This document shows, piece by piece, positions 1 through 14,030 of a stretch of 64,000 bases of DNA. A program made the translations under genes and the position numbers. The notes under the pieces are model-generated. The model had not been told where the DNA came from. It was given only the letters and a program-made list of their open reading frames with translations, and searched no databases. This DNA comes from Basidiobolus meristosporus CBS 931.73 (taxonomy: Eukaryota > Fungi > Basidiobolomycota). The stretch lies in assembly GCA_002104905.1 (NCBI GenBank), contig MCFE01000342.1:26881-90880 (forward strand), given 5' to 3'. Numbering within the stretch: the first letter of the stretch is position 1; every line of letters begins with the position of its first letter.

Positions 1-576
1 TCTTGAAGACCCATCTGCTTCCAATAGATTTTTGGTTGATTGGTAATATGACCATGTCCAAATTCAATTTTCCACTAGGGGCTGATATTCTTCAGTCATT
101 GCATATCTCAATATTGTCTGAGGACCTTTTAGGGCCACTTTTACAGTCTGGGGCTCATCAATATGGACTGAATAGGCATAGGATAAGCTTGTACCCTCAT
201 TGATATAGTTCTTTGGGCTATTTCTTGTCAGGTTGGATCTCTGGGCATTTGATACTGCAATGATCACTTCTGGGATATTCCTGGGCACTGTTTCAGGCTG
301 AACCACGGTTGTAGAGTCCTCTGGAGTGAAAAAAAATTCATTGTTTTGCTCTGATTCAATTCTGACAATTGGTGGACTTGAGATCAGATTTTTGTCATCA
401 TCTGATGTCATCTTTTGCAAAAATTTAGAATTTTCATCAAACAACATATCCCTGGACTTGATAAGCTTCTTTGCTTTGGTATTGTCAAGTGTGTATACTT
501 TACTCACTTTGCAGTAGTTCAAAAATATGCATTTTCACATTTTGGCTCAAATTTTGACTGATTTTTGGGCAGTTCT
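1..576 (-). pseudogene. Ty1/copia integrase C-terminus/RT start fragment (copia family A)
   Basis: ORF 64..522 (YTLDNTKAKKLIKSRDMLFDE...AMTEEYQPLVEN) parallels the plus-strand copia at 3640-4240. Confidence 0.85.
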
Positions 577-925
577 TGTTGTAAGAGTCTTGGAGATTTT
601 GGAAGTGACTTGGGAGGACAAGTAGAATATGTGGCTTCCACTTAATGATTTACTAAATGTAAAGTAGTATTTATACTTTTACATGGTCTTAGCACTACAA
701 ATATGTAGAATAGGTGAAGGAAGGACCCAAGAACATTTGTGCAGAGTTTGAGGCTGTTTGGACAACTTTGAGAATGTTGATGTTTGGGATACTGGATATT
801 TTGGTGAAAATATTCTAAGTAAATCCTAACAAGGAATTTGGTTAGTATTCCCTAGGATTTGAAGGTAATGATCTCAGCAACTAAGTTGGGTGAAAATTTA
901 AGTAGAATTACAAAGTTTTACAACA
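577..925 (-). repeat. copia family A 3' LTR
   Basis: TGTTG...CAACA ends. Its reverse complement matches LTR 17110-17458, and the PPT reverse complement (ctcccactcagct) lies at 926-938. Confidence 0.9.
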
Positions 926-1283
926 CTCCCACTCAGCTAAATTTTCATACTGACTAGTCCTAATTTTGACCTAAGATATTCAAACTTTGTCTAGCTAATG
1001 GCTTGGTAAATATGTCTGCAATCATTTCATCTGTAGGACAGTAAGCTAAGCTAACTAAGTTATTCTCTATAGCTTCACATATGAACTGATGTCAGAGATC
1101 TATGTGCTTGGTTCTAGCATGAGAAGTTGGATTCCTACCTAATTGTATACATCTTTGGTTATCTTGAAAAAAGGTAATAAGTGTTTTTTGACATAGTCCT
1201 AAATCTGTAAAAAGCTTTCTTAACCACATTGCTTCTTTTGTAGCTTCACAGGCTGCCATATATTCTGCCTCTGTGGTAGAAAG
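926..1283 (-). pseudogene. copia RNase H remnant with PPT
   Basis: LSTTEAEYMAACEATKEAMWLRKL...HARTKHID, nearly the same as 16740-17097. It is cut at 1283 by the next LTR. Confidence 0.9.
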
Positions 1284-4200
1284 TGTTGTAGAATTTGTTA
1301 TTCCACCTGAAATATTCACCTAACTTAGTCACTTAGATCATTACCTTCCAATCCTAGCATATACTGACCAGATTTCCTGTTGTGATATACTGAGAATAAT
1401 ATCACCAAAATACCAGGTACTCAGAGCATGAAAATTCTCAAAGTTGTCCAAGCAGACCCAAACTTTGCACACATGCTCTTTGGACCTTCCTTAATCCACT
1501 CTATGTCTTTGTTATGCCAAGACTATGTAAAAGCATAAACACTACTTTTACATTCAATAAATCATTAAGTGAAAACCACATAATCTACTTGTTCTCCCTA
1601 TCACTTCCAATATTTTCAAGACTCTTACAGCAGATTATGAGCCCTGAGCTGTCCCTCTCTGCAGTGTTTACTACTGCTATTACTGGAATTTTTCCCTCTG
1701 CTGAAAAGTTGGAAGGATCTAACCACCAAGTGCGGATGGTGAAGATGAAGATGCTGCTACAAGAAAGAGGCCTTTGGGATATTGTCATGGGAGAAGAATG
1801 CCCTCCTAAAGATGTGGGAGAGGAAGCCCTAAAGTACCAGAAGTAACGAACAAAGTGCCTTTCACTGCATTTGCCTTAATGTTAAGGACAAACTGCTAAT
1901 TCAATACTCAGGAGTAAAAACAGCAAAGAATGCCTGAAAGGTATTAGAAGACACCTACCAGTCATGTTCAGCTGCTAAAAAAATGTATCTGAGGTGAAAA
2001 CTCATTACTACAAAGATGCTTCCAGGAGTAGAAATGAAAAATCTAATTAACTGAATTACCCTGCTGGTATATGAGATGGAATCTGTGGGTGTACCAACAA
2101 CTGATAAGGATGTGATTGTCACCATCCTGAATAGCCTGACAGACAGGTTTCAGGGCCTTGTATCAGCCCTATAGTCCAGAACTGAAGATTTGACCTTAAA
2201 TTACATTTATGGAAGGCTCCTGGATGAAGAATTAAGAAAACAAGTGCCAACAAAGAAGAAGAAGAAAATGCTTTAATAAGCAATGATAACCCACAAAGGA
2301 GGTGTCCAAGACCTTTTAGAGGCAATAGCAACCTGTTTTGCAACTACTGCAAAAGGAAAGGACACACATCAGACTTGTGCTTCCAAAAGAGAGATAGTCA
2401 GCAGAAAAAGCCTGAATATGGAAAAGCTGCAACAACTCACAATAGTCTAATCATATCTGCACTAAGTATGACCACAAACAAGAGTTCTCAGACTGGGTAT
2501 ATTGACTCTGGAGCATCTCAACACTTTACACACTAATAAGAACTTTTTACCCACTATTGAGAAATTTCAATTAAGAAGGTTTTCATGGGTGACAATAGAA
2601 CACTTGATGCAGTCAGGAGAAGGACCTATCAAAGTAAGCCTAAGAAGCAGTGAAGGAAGCCACACACTGACCTTTAAAGAAATACTTTCTGTACCAGAAA
2701 TAGTCAAGAACCTACTATCTGTGAGCAAGGCCACAGCAGAAGGACTCAGTTTCAGCTTTGACAATTCAGGATGCAAGATCACTGATCAAAATAGTGCCCA
2801 TATTACTTTGGGTATCAGAGATTGCATTCTATACAAGTTGACTTATATTCCATCATATCTGGAAGCCAATATAAGTAACTTAAATGAAGAAACCCCAAAG
2901 CTTTGGCATAGGAGATTTGGGCACATCAATTTTGATTATTTGTGCAAAATGATATAAGATCAACTAGTTTCTGGAGTAAAAGTTTATCCCCCAGCTAACT
3001 TGGAGCACTGTGAAGCCTGCATATATGGGAAACAAGCCAGACAGCTGTTCAAGAGCTCTGGGTCAAGCAAAAGTAAGAAAAAGTTGGATCTAATTCACTC
3101 AGATCTGTGTGGACCAATGCAAATTTATCCTTAGGCAGGATGAAGTTTTTAATCACTTTTATTGATGATTGTACAAGATACATGTGGATTTACTTCATGG
3201 AGAGAAAGGCAGAAGCTCTGTCTAAGCTCAGGGAGTTCAAAGCCATGGTGAATAGAGAAACTGGTGAAAAAATCAAGAAAATATGCTCTCACAATGGTGG
3301 AGAATATGCCTCAAAACTGTTTATCCACGTTTGCAAATTTCATGGGATAAAGCAAGAGACTACTGTAACATACTCCCCACAGCACAATGAAGTAGCAGAA
3401 TGTGCAAAAAGATTAATAATTGATATGGCAAGATCTATGATCCATGATCAAAAATTATCCTATGATTTATGGGCAGAATCAGTTGCCACAGCTATATACC
3501 TTGAGAATAGAAGCTATAACAGAATACTTTGTGATTCTACTCCATTTGAAAGCATGGTGTGGATACAGAGCAAGAGTAGAACATCTAAGTATATTTTTTT
3601 GCTGTACAGCATATGCCAAGAAACTACCCAGAAATCAGTCAAAATTTGAACCAAAAAGTGTAAAATGCATATTTTTGGGCTACTGCAATGAGGGTAAAGC
3701 ATACAGACTCTACAATACCAAAGCAAAGATGCTAATCAAGTCCAGGGATGTGCTGTTTGATGAAAACTCAAAATTTTCTCAAAAAATAACATCAGATGAT
3801 GACAAAATCTAATATCAAGTCCCCCAATTGTGAGGATTGAATCAGAGCAAAACAATGAATGTTTTTCTACTCCAGAGGACTCTACAACTGTGGTTCAGCC
3901 TGAAACAGTGCCCAGGAAAATCCCAGAAGTGATCATTTCAGTATCAAATGGCCAGAGATCCAATTGGACAAGAAACAGCCCAAATTACTATATCAATGAG
4001 GGTACATTCTTAGCCTATGCCTATTCAGTCCATATTGATGAACCCCAGCCTGTAAAGAGGCCCTAAATAGCCCGCAGACAAAGTTTTGGAGATCTGCAAT
4101 GACTGAGGAATATCAGGCCCTGATGGAAAATCAAACTTGGGACTTAGTCAAATTACCAATCATCTAAAAATCAATTGGATGCATATGAGTTTTCAAGACA

Positions 4201-4630
4201 AAATACAAGGCTGATGGTACAATTGAAAGATTCAGAGCAAGGCTTGTGGCCAAAGGATACTCTCAAACAAAAGGACTTGATTAAAGTGGGACCTTTGCAC
4301 TGGTAGCCAAGTTTAATTCCATCAGATTGATATTAGCTATTGCAGCCAAATATAGTTTTTTATTCATCAAATGGATGTAAAAGCTGCACTTCTGAATGAT
4401 GGGCTTGATGAGGACATACATATGAGCCAGCCTGATGAGTTTTTTTACCAAGATAATGTCTATATGGTCTGCAAGCTCAAAATGCTTCTATATGGTCTCA
4501 AACAATCACCAAGAGCCTGTAGTTGCAAGATAGATTCTTATTTGGAATCTCTGAGTTTCAAAAGAGGTAATGCTGACTATAGTATAAACTATAAACCAGA
4601 TAGAGCAAATCCAGCTCTATTAGCTATCTG
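1284..4630 (+). mobile_element. Ty1/copia element, 3'-truncated: 5' LTR 1284-1632, PBS 1633-1644, disrupted gag-PR-INT-RT
   Basis: LTR is followed by gattatgagccc. Motifs: gag KMKMLLQERGLWDIV, zinc knuckle CNYCKRKGH, PR (W)xIDSGASQH, GAG-pre-integrase LWHRRFGH, INT FIDDCTRY, RT MDVKAA. Many stops and frameshifts. Confidence 0.92.
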
Positions 4631-5385
4631 GAGTGTGAACAATGTTTTCCCTCAATGGTGGTGGATTCCTGACAATTTGGACATGTTGCAATGGTAGCAT
4701 TTTTGGATGTGAATGCCATGCAACTGTTAACACATGCTGGAATCAGGACAGTCTCTGGATCATATGTTGCCAGCCACATGACGGTTGTCCACTTGTACCA
4801 TGTACATGGTAAGTTGCATCCTGGTATGATTTTGGCAAGAAGTAGTAATAAATCCTCAAAACCCCCATTACTGATATTAGTGGAAACTCACCACTTCTCT
4901 AGCCACAACATCTCATCATTCACCAGTAGATGGATTACTGGGCTCACTAGGCTCCATAAAGTATCCTTGGCATTTGTCTCATTGCATATAGGGATTTGAC
5001 TGGGCTCATAAGTGGTACTGTTGTTAGGGGAGATAGGCTCAAAATCCATCAGTGAACCTTCTTTGTCAGAGCTATCACTCTGTGTGCCATATTCAGAAGG
5101 CTGAGGTGAGCCTAAAGGTGTCACAAACTCACCTGACTGAGTTTGCGCAAGGTGACAAAGACGGCCAGGTGCCAATATAGAAGTATCAACTGGCCAGCAA
5201 GATAATGTTGGTACAGTAGTGACCAATGAATGGTCAAATATGACTTGGGTGGCAAAACACTGGCAGTGATCCTTGTAATACTTCCTATGCTGTCTGTGTG
5301 CTTCATGGCTGAGAGGCATGCCACAATAGCCACATGGTCTTTTTTCTCTTCTCTTACAGTGTTGAGTCAAAGTAGTCTTGTCCAT
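4631..5385 (-). pseudogene. CACTA/EnSpm (CMC)-like transposase, N-terminal part
   Basis: ORF 4888..5385 starts with CxxC...H..H. Downstream the minus strand reads WLATYDPETVLIPACVNSCMAF...CPNC, the Cys-rich motif before the Transposase_21-type core. Homologous to 40392-40820. Confidence 0.7.
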
Positions 5386-5607
5386 GGGGCAAACAGTTTG
5401 ACCTTCAACAACATAACACTATTATATCACTTTTTGGTCAATACTCATGTGAACTTAAGACAGTCTTGTATTTGAGACATTGCACCTACATGAATGTAAG
5501 ATTCAATGATGACCCACCATAGTAAGCATTATAAATAAAGTTGTGGCACCACATACACACGTATATGTAACACTATTTCCCCTTTGGTTTTACTCACTTC
5601 CATATAT

Positions 5608-7560
5608 ATGCCGCCAAAAAATAAAGCAAAGTTGTCTGGTTCTCAATCAAACCCCACCGCTGATGGCAACAGAAGAACGGTTGGACAACAGCTTGCTTTG
5701 ACATTCAGTGCAACAAGCAGGGCTACATCCAAAAAAGGCCCTGTGGACAGTGTGCCCATTGAAGGTAATAATGCAGACTCCTCAGGCTCTCAGTCAAGTA
5801 GGCAATTGAGAACCTCTGCGGAGCCACAAGCTGACTGTTATGCTCAGGCAGATGAGAATGTAGCAAACACAGTACCCTCTGTTGAAGATCAGCAAGTGGC
5901 CATAATAACATCACCACCACCCATATTAGCAAGTATGTTGTCAGCTCATACCAAAGCATTAATGAAGCATTTAGGTGCAGTGGCTGATAGGATAAATGCA
6001 ATGGCCCAGAAAAATCAGGAAGTAGTCCAGAAACAGGATGAGCAGATATTACGTGTAGAGCAATCAATGTCCCAGGTAGAGAAAGCAGTATCTTTGCTGC
6101 AAAGAAGGAACTCAAGTAGCTCAATGTCACAACCAAGAATTGAGCCATTTCCTGATGTAACAGCAGAGGAACATTGTACAGTCTTTGAAGCACAACAACA
6201 GTGCCCAAAGATAAAGCCCACAGAAAAACCTATCACAGCATGGCAGGGAGACAATGTGGTGTTTATACCAAAGCCTAAAAGTCAAAAGACATTGAAGATC
6301 TGTGAAGCCGTTGAGTGCAATAATGAAGAGTGGGCTAATATACAACAGGCCGTCAGAAGTCTAGCATGCCATCACCTTAAGGCCAGCATACCATGGGACC
6401 ATCAGGAACTCAAGGCAAAGCAGAATGCACTTGACTTGTTCCATGAGCATTATCCTGGATTCAAACAGGCAAACAGATTTTGGGCTAGCATAGGTATGCT
6501 AAGAAAGTATCTTAAGAATAGCAGAAACTATCAAAGGCAGAAGAACAAGGGTGCCATGGCTAAAAACCAGCAGCTTCCTCAAGAGCCCATTACAAGCAGG
6601 GTTGAAAGCTCCAGACAAGCATCAAAGAGATGTCAGGCAGCTGGAAGAGTGCCAATTAAGGACAAGCAGGCAGACATGGATGCACCAGCACAACATTTAT
6701 CAAGGAAAAAGCGTAGTACCACTCAAGAAGCACCCAGTCAAAGTAGCAGTGAAGGACCTGGTAGTGATAAAAACCAGCCGCTTTTACGGGAGCCTGTCAC
6801 AACTACAGTTGAGAGCTCAAAACAAGCTGAAAAGAAACGTCAGGTTGCCAGAAGAGTGCCAGCAAGGGACAAGCAGGCCAAAGCAGATGCGTCAGAGCAG
6901 AATTTATCCAGGAGAAAACATAGTTCTTTATAAGAAGCACTCAGACAAAGTAGCAGTGAAAAACCTGGCAGTGATAAAGGAAAAGGCAAAGGGAAAACTG
7001 TCTACCCAAGCCTGAGACAGGGAGGCATGCAAAAAAAACTGCAGTTCTTGCCAATTAATGCCGCAAGCCAGGAACAGACTGAAACCCATCATAGCCAAGA
7101 AGAATTACCAACAAGAAAACAGCTGTTCTCACAAGAGTTGGAAGCGCAGCCAGTTGAGCTACACTCCAGCAAGGTAGATGAGTTTGCTGAAAAAGGCAAT
7201 TTGTCTTCCACAGCCTCCACAGCCTCCACAGCCTCCATTGTTGACAGAGTGGAGATCCCACTGACAGACAAGGCTACAATGTCAAGAGCTCAAAAGACTA
7301 TCACAATGCTTTCAGTGGAGTTTTGGAACATTAATAGGCACACCAAGAGGTTGCAGCACTTCTTCAAGAGCAGTGCTCAAGAAAACGCACTGGAATATTG
7401 CAAGGATTTATTGCAAAGACTGGCAGATGAGGAGCTAGACCTTGCAGTGCTAGCTGAAGACCAGGACATATGGGAACCAGTGAATGAACAGTGGCATAAA
7501 GCCGTTGGGTTCCCGCCAAAGTTCGTGGAACCAGAGCATTACAGCAGAAATACTTATTGA
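5608..7560 (+). pseudogene. Accessory ORF2 of the CACTA-like element (about 650 codons, one premature stop at 6931-6933)
   Basis: ORFs 5584..6933 and 7027..7560 are in frame. The TAA corresponds to CAA in the internal repeat and in the paralogue near 41630. It is divergent from the transposase. Paralogues lie at 36880-37215 and 40826-42345. Confidence 0.7.
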
Positions 7561-8099
7561 GTGGTGGATTTTAATGGAGTTACTTGTTGAGTATGGGCTT
7601 AGGCTTAACGTTAGTGTAGGGTATAGAGACTTGTATAGGTCAATACAATTGGCAATTGAGGTACAACTGAAGTTTCAACGGAAATAAATCAATTTGTACG
7701 CATGAAAAGTAAGAGAAATGACTGAGTCAGGAAGTAAGAAGTGTGAAAAAGAGGCAATAGCCAATCAATTCACACAAACGTAGGAGGCAATAGAGTGTCC
7801 GGGATCAGAAAGTGAGCAAATTGGCAGGGAACCAATCAAAAGCCACTTATACATTGTTGTGATGAAAAATTTTGACAAAGTTTTTTGTGAAATCTGGGGT
7901 GCAATTATTTTTCAACGGTCTCTGGATGGAGTCCTGACAAGATCAGTGCCTCTCAGTCTTGGGACATTAACTTTGTGACGGCCTTTTGATGGGATCATCT
8001 CAATAATTTTTCATAGGGTAAGCTTAGCTGTTTCTCCAACAAGTTCAATGTCTCCCAAAGGACAAGATCACCAAACAACAGCTCATGAGGTGTTACATC

Positions 8100-11000
8100 A
8101 TGGGCTTAGATGAAGCAAGATGTAGGGCATCTGAAAAACTACAGGCATGTAAAACGTTACAAGAGTTGGTCAAATGAGTACAAGGGGTTGTCTTGCTATC
8201 AAGGCTACTCTATAGTGATACAAATGATCAAAGGACAGGGATCCTCTGTAAGAAAGGAAAAATTGCTTCCCCAAAAGACTGGGAGTTAGAGGAATTATGG
8301 CAAGCTGTTGCAGCCAACAACTTACTCATTGGCAAGAGTTGGTTTATTTAACATAATATGGACATACTCTACAGTGCATCTGAACTCAGGTGGGATACCA
8401 AGAGTATCCCACTGATTCATATCACTGATGAGAGTGAGGTGCATAGCAACAGTGTGGCAATCAAAGAGGTGAAACTGTTGCAGTCTCCATTCATCACACG
8501 TAAGGTGATAGAAATACCACCCGCCAGTGAGACAGTGATCTCACTAGAGACACCAATGGCTTATTTGACAAGTGGAAGAATCATAACCACAACAAAGGCA
8601 TCCAAACAACTGGAAGGAATTTTGATCCCAAGAGTATGGATACCACTGAAACTTAAAGCACAAAGTCTGAAGTGCTTAGTGGTTAACAACAGGTAACACA
8701 CAGTGACATTGCCTAGAGGACTACCATTGTTAAACCTAGAGGAAGTTGACAGAAACAACCAAGGACCACCTGCAAACAAGGAACCAGAAGAAGAACCCCC
8801 CAAACTAGATGTGGACCCTGGTCTACCACCTGCATTATGAGACAAATACCTAGAAGGAATACACCTGCTTGCCCAAGTATTCTCTAAAAACCAAGTAATT
8901 GGTCATATACCTGGGGTATATCACCAAGTCTACCTTGCCAACAAATACCCCATCAAGTAAAAGCCTATAGGAACTCAAAAATTGACACAGACTACATCAA
9001 AGAGATAATTGAAACTTTATTAAACGGCAACATCATTACAGAGAGCCAGTCTCTGTGGGCCTCCCCTGTAGTGATAGTCCCAGAGAAAATGGAAAGTAAC
9101 GTTTTTGCATTAACTACCAAAAATTGAACACTGTCACCCAGAAGGACGTGTATCTACTACCACAAATAGACAACCTCTTGGACAGATTAAATGGAGCTAA
9201 ATATCTTAGCTATCTTGACTTAATCTCTGGGTATTGGCAAGTAGAAGTAGCCCTGGAAGATCAACCCAAAACCACTTTTATAACATTGTTTGGATTGTAC
9301 CAATGGAACCAACTACCCTTTGGCTTGTGCAATGCTCCCGCTACATTCCAAAGAATGATTGACAAGGTGCTAAGAAATTTACAATGGGAATGTGCTGTTA
9401 TGTATCTGGACAACATCACAATATATTCCCCCAATGTAGAAGAACATATACACAATGTGCAATGTATCCTGACAGCCCTCCTCAAGAACCAACTCAAACT
9501 ACATCCCAAGAAGTGCCATTTCCTGTATACAAAATGGTTGTTCTTGGGCAACAAGATCCTGGCAGATGGGATATACCCATCTACTTCACTCCTAAAAGCC
9601 ATTCACGATACACCTGTACCAAAGGATATCAATGCAGTGTTGGGATTCCTAGAACTAGCTGGCTACTATTGCTGTGTTGTCTAAGACTTTGCAACAATAG
9701 CGGCCCCACTGTACAAATAGATGCAAACAGACCGGTGTTTTGTGAGGTTGGAGCCTCAAAAGCAAGTATGCAATCAGCTGAAACATTCCCTGACGTCACT
9801 GCCAGTGTTATGTTTTCCCAATTGGGATGTGAGATTTTTTATTAACTGTAATGGAAGTCTCACTGGTATAGGTGCCATACTGGGACAATACCACCAACCC
9901 AGCAAATTACACCCAATTGGTTTTGTGGGCTGTTTGCTAAACAAACACAAATGTCACTACCCCATTACCAAGATAGAATGTCTGGCTGTTGTTTATTCAT
10001 TTAAACAACTCCATACATACATATATGGCCACCAATTCACCATAATGATAGACCATGGCACACTGGTCTGGCTGAAGAAAACTAAAGACTTTCCTGGTTG
10101 ACTAGCATGTTGGGCCCTCCAACTACAAGAATACAACTACAACATAATTTATTGAGCTGGCAAGAAACACATGGATGCAGACTTCCTCAGTTGCTATCCT
10201 GTTTGCCAAGTACGTGTCAGCAATGACTACAAGGATGTAATCTGCTATAGAAGAAGTGGGAAGTACCCCATACAATTATTACAAACAAGCAGAAAAGAGA
10301 CTTTCAAAGTAAATGGTGTCAGTACAAAGTACAAGAAAACCAATTATGGCTCCTTCAAGGACAGTTCAGAGTCAAGGTACCCCCAGCAACTGCCTGCAAA
10401 GAAATCATACAAGAAAGACATATGTCATTAGGACACACTAACCCCCTAACAGCATATAAAATGTTAAGAAAGACATTTTATGGAAAAAAAGTGATTAACA
10501 ACTTCATGGATACATTACAAAGATGCTCCACCTGTGAAAGATTTAACCAGAGTCAGAAGATAGGGACAACCACACCAATACCGCTTGACCTACCCTTCTA
10601 CTGGGTAGGGATTGACTTTGTTGGCCCCTTTATGAAAACAAAGAAAGGAGAAAAATACATAATAGTTGCTACCAGTTATTTCTCAAAGTGGGTGGTAGCC
10701 CAAGCCATCCAAAATACAGATCAGAAGACAACCACCCAATTTATTCTAGAGCACCTCATCTGCTGGCACCAATATCCTCAGATACTCCTGTCCAACAATG
10801 GTAGTTCCTTCCTGAACAACACCATGGCCCATTTGTGCAAAATGATGGGTGAGAAACAGGTCTTCACAGCTGCATATCACCTGCAGACCAAGGGATTAAC
10901 CAAGAGGATGAGCCAGATGTGTTGCCACATACTAGAGAAGCTCCACTGGCAACTTCCCCAGTCATGTGCCAAGCTACTCCCACTGACACTCCTAGCAATG

Positions 11001-11456
11001 TGTAAAATACCAAGTAAAACAACAGGTTTCTCCCCATACAAAGTTCTGTATGGACAAAGGCCCAAATGGTGTAAAGAAGCTGGATTGACAATGGAAGGTG
11101 TCCCCTTGACAGCACATAACAACTATGTAGAAAGGTTGATACACCACATTGGCCACCTATACATAAAAGTATTTGAAAATGTTGACAAGCACCTTCCGCC
11201 TCCACCTAAAAATGAGAAACTAACGGGACAAAAGTGGAAACCAGGCAATAAAGTGTGGTACAACCAAACTGTAGCAGGCCTCACGTTTTGCCCACAGTTT
11301 GCACCCCAATGGATTGGCCCTTGCACTGTTACTAGCTCAGACCACAAGACAAAGTACACCATCACCCTGAGCAATAAGACAATCAGCAATGTTGCACCAG
11401 TCCATCTGAAACTGTTACATGACAGACCACCACTAATCACTGAAACCAAAGTGTGA
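8100..11456 (+). pseudogene. Ty3/gypsy pol remnant (RT-RNaseH-INT)
   Basis: QKDVYLLPQID, YLDLISGYWQV, PFGLCNAPATFQRM, YLDN, KIECLAVVY, WVGIDFVGPF, PQWIGP. Multiple stops. Confidence 0.9.
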
Positions 11457-11539
11457 TTAAACAATTAACAGGACAAGGATAGTGGAAGACACAAGATACA
11501 TACAAAGCCTATTAGAGGAGATTTTAGTTGGTATAGGTA

Positions 11540-12258
11540 CAAATGATATGCGCAAGGAAGTTTGCCTAAAGGGAGAGCAAAAGAATGCATATGGAAAGCG
11601 CAGAAGAAAACAGTTCACCCAAACTGGTGATACCCCTCCCACCAGCAAGCACTAAGATGATATCAAAAACAAGACCAACCTGCAAGGGTTGAGAGATATG
11701 GTATGAGTGTTACATGCAACAAGAACCACCTATGAAGAGTCATGTACTGGAGTAGTCATCTTGATACAAGACACTATCAGAGAGGGACAAGGCAAACTAC
11801 TCATGCCAATACAAAGTATGGAGATACTTCCCAAGAAGACAATGTATCACCTGAGAGGAGGTCCCTTGAGCATTAAGGAGAAGGTGACTGCACTGATTCC
11901 TGTATGCATACTGGACACAGTCAGACAGTAGACACAAGGAATCAACTGTTGTGCCCTCATAAGGCCTCAAGAGCCCCCTGGTTCTGTTACATACTTGCCA
12001 TTAATAGGTACCATGGTTGTTGACGTATATGCAAACCTGGTACAATCCTCAAGAGCACCAGAAATAGAGCTTCCAATCAAAGGACTCCTCCAAGAAATTT
12101 GCAAACATCTTGAACCGCATTTCCTAGAAGGAGCCATCCTAGAGAAGATATGCAAACAGATTAAATATACTGGCCAGTTAACCCATGCAATCCACCAAGT
12201 TGCTGCATTACAACTATTACAATGGTTTACCATAGGACAACTCAGGAACCAGTACAAA
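11540..12258 (+). pseudogene. Degenerate ORF of unknown function downstream of gypsy integrase
   Basis: ORFs 11707..11931 and 11995..12312 are in the same frame, separated by one stop. No motif recognised. Confidence 0.35.
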
Positions 12259-12771
12259 AGAATTGTTTCACTGTACTGTGCCAGGGCACGCAGCGCAATC
12301 CAAGGTCTTTAAGAACAACTGAGTGCAATATTTTAGCTACCAGTAGGCAGGATTGCTCTTAGACAATTTTGCATCATATGGGACAATCTTGCACACTATG
12401 GCACAATCTGACACAATGAGGTTGGCACAAATGATTGTGCCCACTTGTAATGTATGCATCACCTGCGCAATTGGATACCGCTATTATGGTAGGTAAAATC
12501 CGGTATTTGGATATGTTTCTTTAATGTAAGTGGATATAAATGAGTATCACACTATAAACTACACTGATACCTACCATTTTGGTTGCAATCACTCCAATTG
12601 GATAGTATCTCAGTGGTTGATTGATCCAAAAGTATCCTGAAGCTTTCAGCCCCCAATTGGCTTTTTGACCAATACACAGGCTACCTGATTTGCAATCAAA
12701 TATCCCATTTTGCCCATTAAGCAAGTAAATCCCTGATCCTAGTGATTGGACAAGGTGTCATAGCAGCACAC
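12259..12771 (-). mobile_element. PHIS-like transposon right-end fragment (copy 3, decayed)
   Basis: Reverse complement of 24970-25483, including a degenerate TIR (agaattgtttcactgtactgtgccaggg). CpGs are mostly lost. Confidence 0.85.
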
Positions 12772-12873
12772 TGTGGTGGTGTATAGGTCCAAGTAAGAGA
12801 TACATCCAACACTTCTCAAGTGTTTTGTGTGCAGGGTGTTCACTGGGTGAGATAACCTCTGGCAAAAGCTTGC
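12772..12873 (-). repeat. LTR terminal fragment of the ~1.07-kb gypsy LTR family
   Basis: tgtggtggtgtataggtccaag...gctaggaatact matches 59815-59920. Confidence 0.9.
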
Positions 12874-14030
12874 TAGGAATACTGGATGAAGAGTTTTGAG
12901 GTATATTCTCCACCATTGTTAGAGCAAATTTTCTTGATTTTTTCACCAGTTTCTCTCTTCAACATGTTGTTAAACTCCCTGAGTTTAAACAGAAAGTCTT
13001 CCTTTCTATACATGAAGTAGACCCATGTGTATCTTGTACAATCATAAATAAAATTGATTAAATACTTCTTCTGTTTAAGGATAATTCTTGCATAGATCCA
13101 CACCAATCTGAGTTAATTAGATCTAGTTTGATTAACATAGAGCTCTTGAGCAGCTGTATGGCTTGTTTCCCATATATCCATGCTTCACAGTGCTCCAGAT
13201 TAGCTGGGGGATCAGTTTTTACTCCCAAAACTAGCTGATCTTTGATCATTTTGTACAAATAATCAAAATAGATGTGTCCAAATCTGCTGTGCCAAAGCAT
13301 TGGTGTTATGTCTTTTAAGTTATTTACATTGGCTTCATGATATGATGGAATATAAGTAGTTTCTGCATATTCTGATCTTGGATACCAAAAGCAATATGAG
13401 AACCATTTTGATTAGTGAACCTACATCCGGAATTGTTGTAGCTGAAAGTGAGTCCTTCTGCTGTCACCTTACTTAAAGATAGTAGGCTCTTGGCTATTTA
13501 TGGTACCTAGGGTACATCTTTAAAGGTTGGTGTATGGCTTCCTTCACTTCTTCTAAGGCTTACTTGGATAGTTCCTGCTCCCACTGCATCAAGTGTTCTA
13601 TTGTCACCCATGAAAACCTTCCTGATTGCAATTTCTTGGTATTGGGTAAAAAGATCTTTTTAGTATGTGCAGTGTTGAGATGCTCTAGAGTCAATATACC
13701 ATATCTGAGAATCCTTATTTGTGGTCATATTTAGTGCAGATATGAATAGTCTATATTCAGGTGTGGCAGTATTTCCATATTCAGGCTTTTTCTGCTAAGT
13801 ATCTTTCATTTTGAAGTACAGGTCTAATGTGTGTCCTTTCCTTTTGAAGGAGTTGCAAAACAGGCTGAAACTGCCTTTGAAAGTTTGGGTATCATTCTTG
13901 TTGGTCATCATTGCTTATCAAAGCATTTTCTTCTTCCTTCTTATTGGTGCTTGATTTTCTTAATACTTCATCCAGGAGCCTTCCATACAGATTATTGTAT
14001 CCCAGAGAAAAGTTTAATAAAACTCATGAA
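12874..14030 (-). pseudogene. copia family A gag/PR/INT remnant
   Basis: Reverse-complement homology to 2150-3330 (LWHSRFGH, FIYDCTRYTWVYF). Confidence 0.85.

Noticed and set aside
7208-7237. (cagcctcca)3 microrepeat
   Set aside because: This is simple slippage inside ORF2, and the paralogue has one unit fewer.
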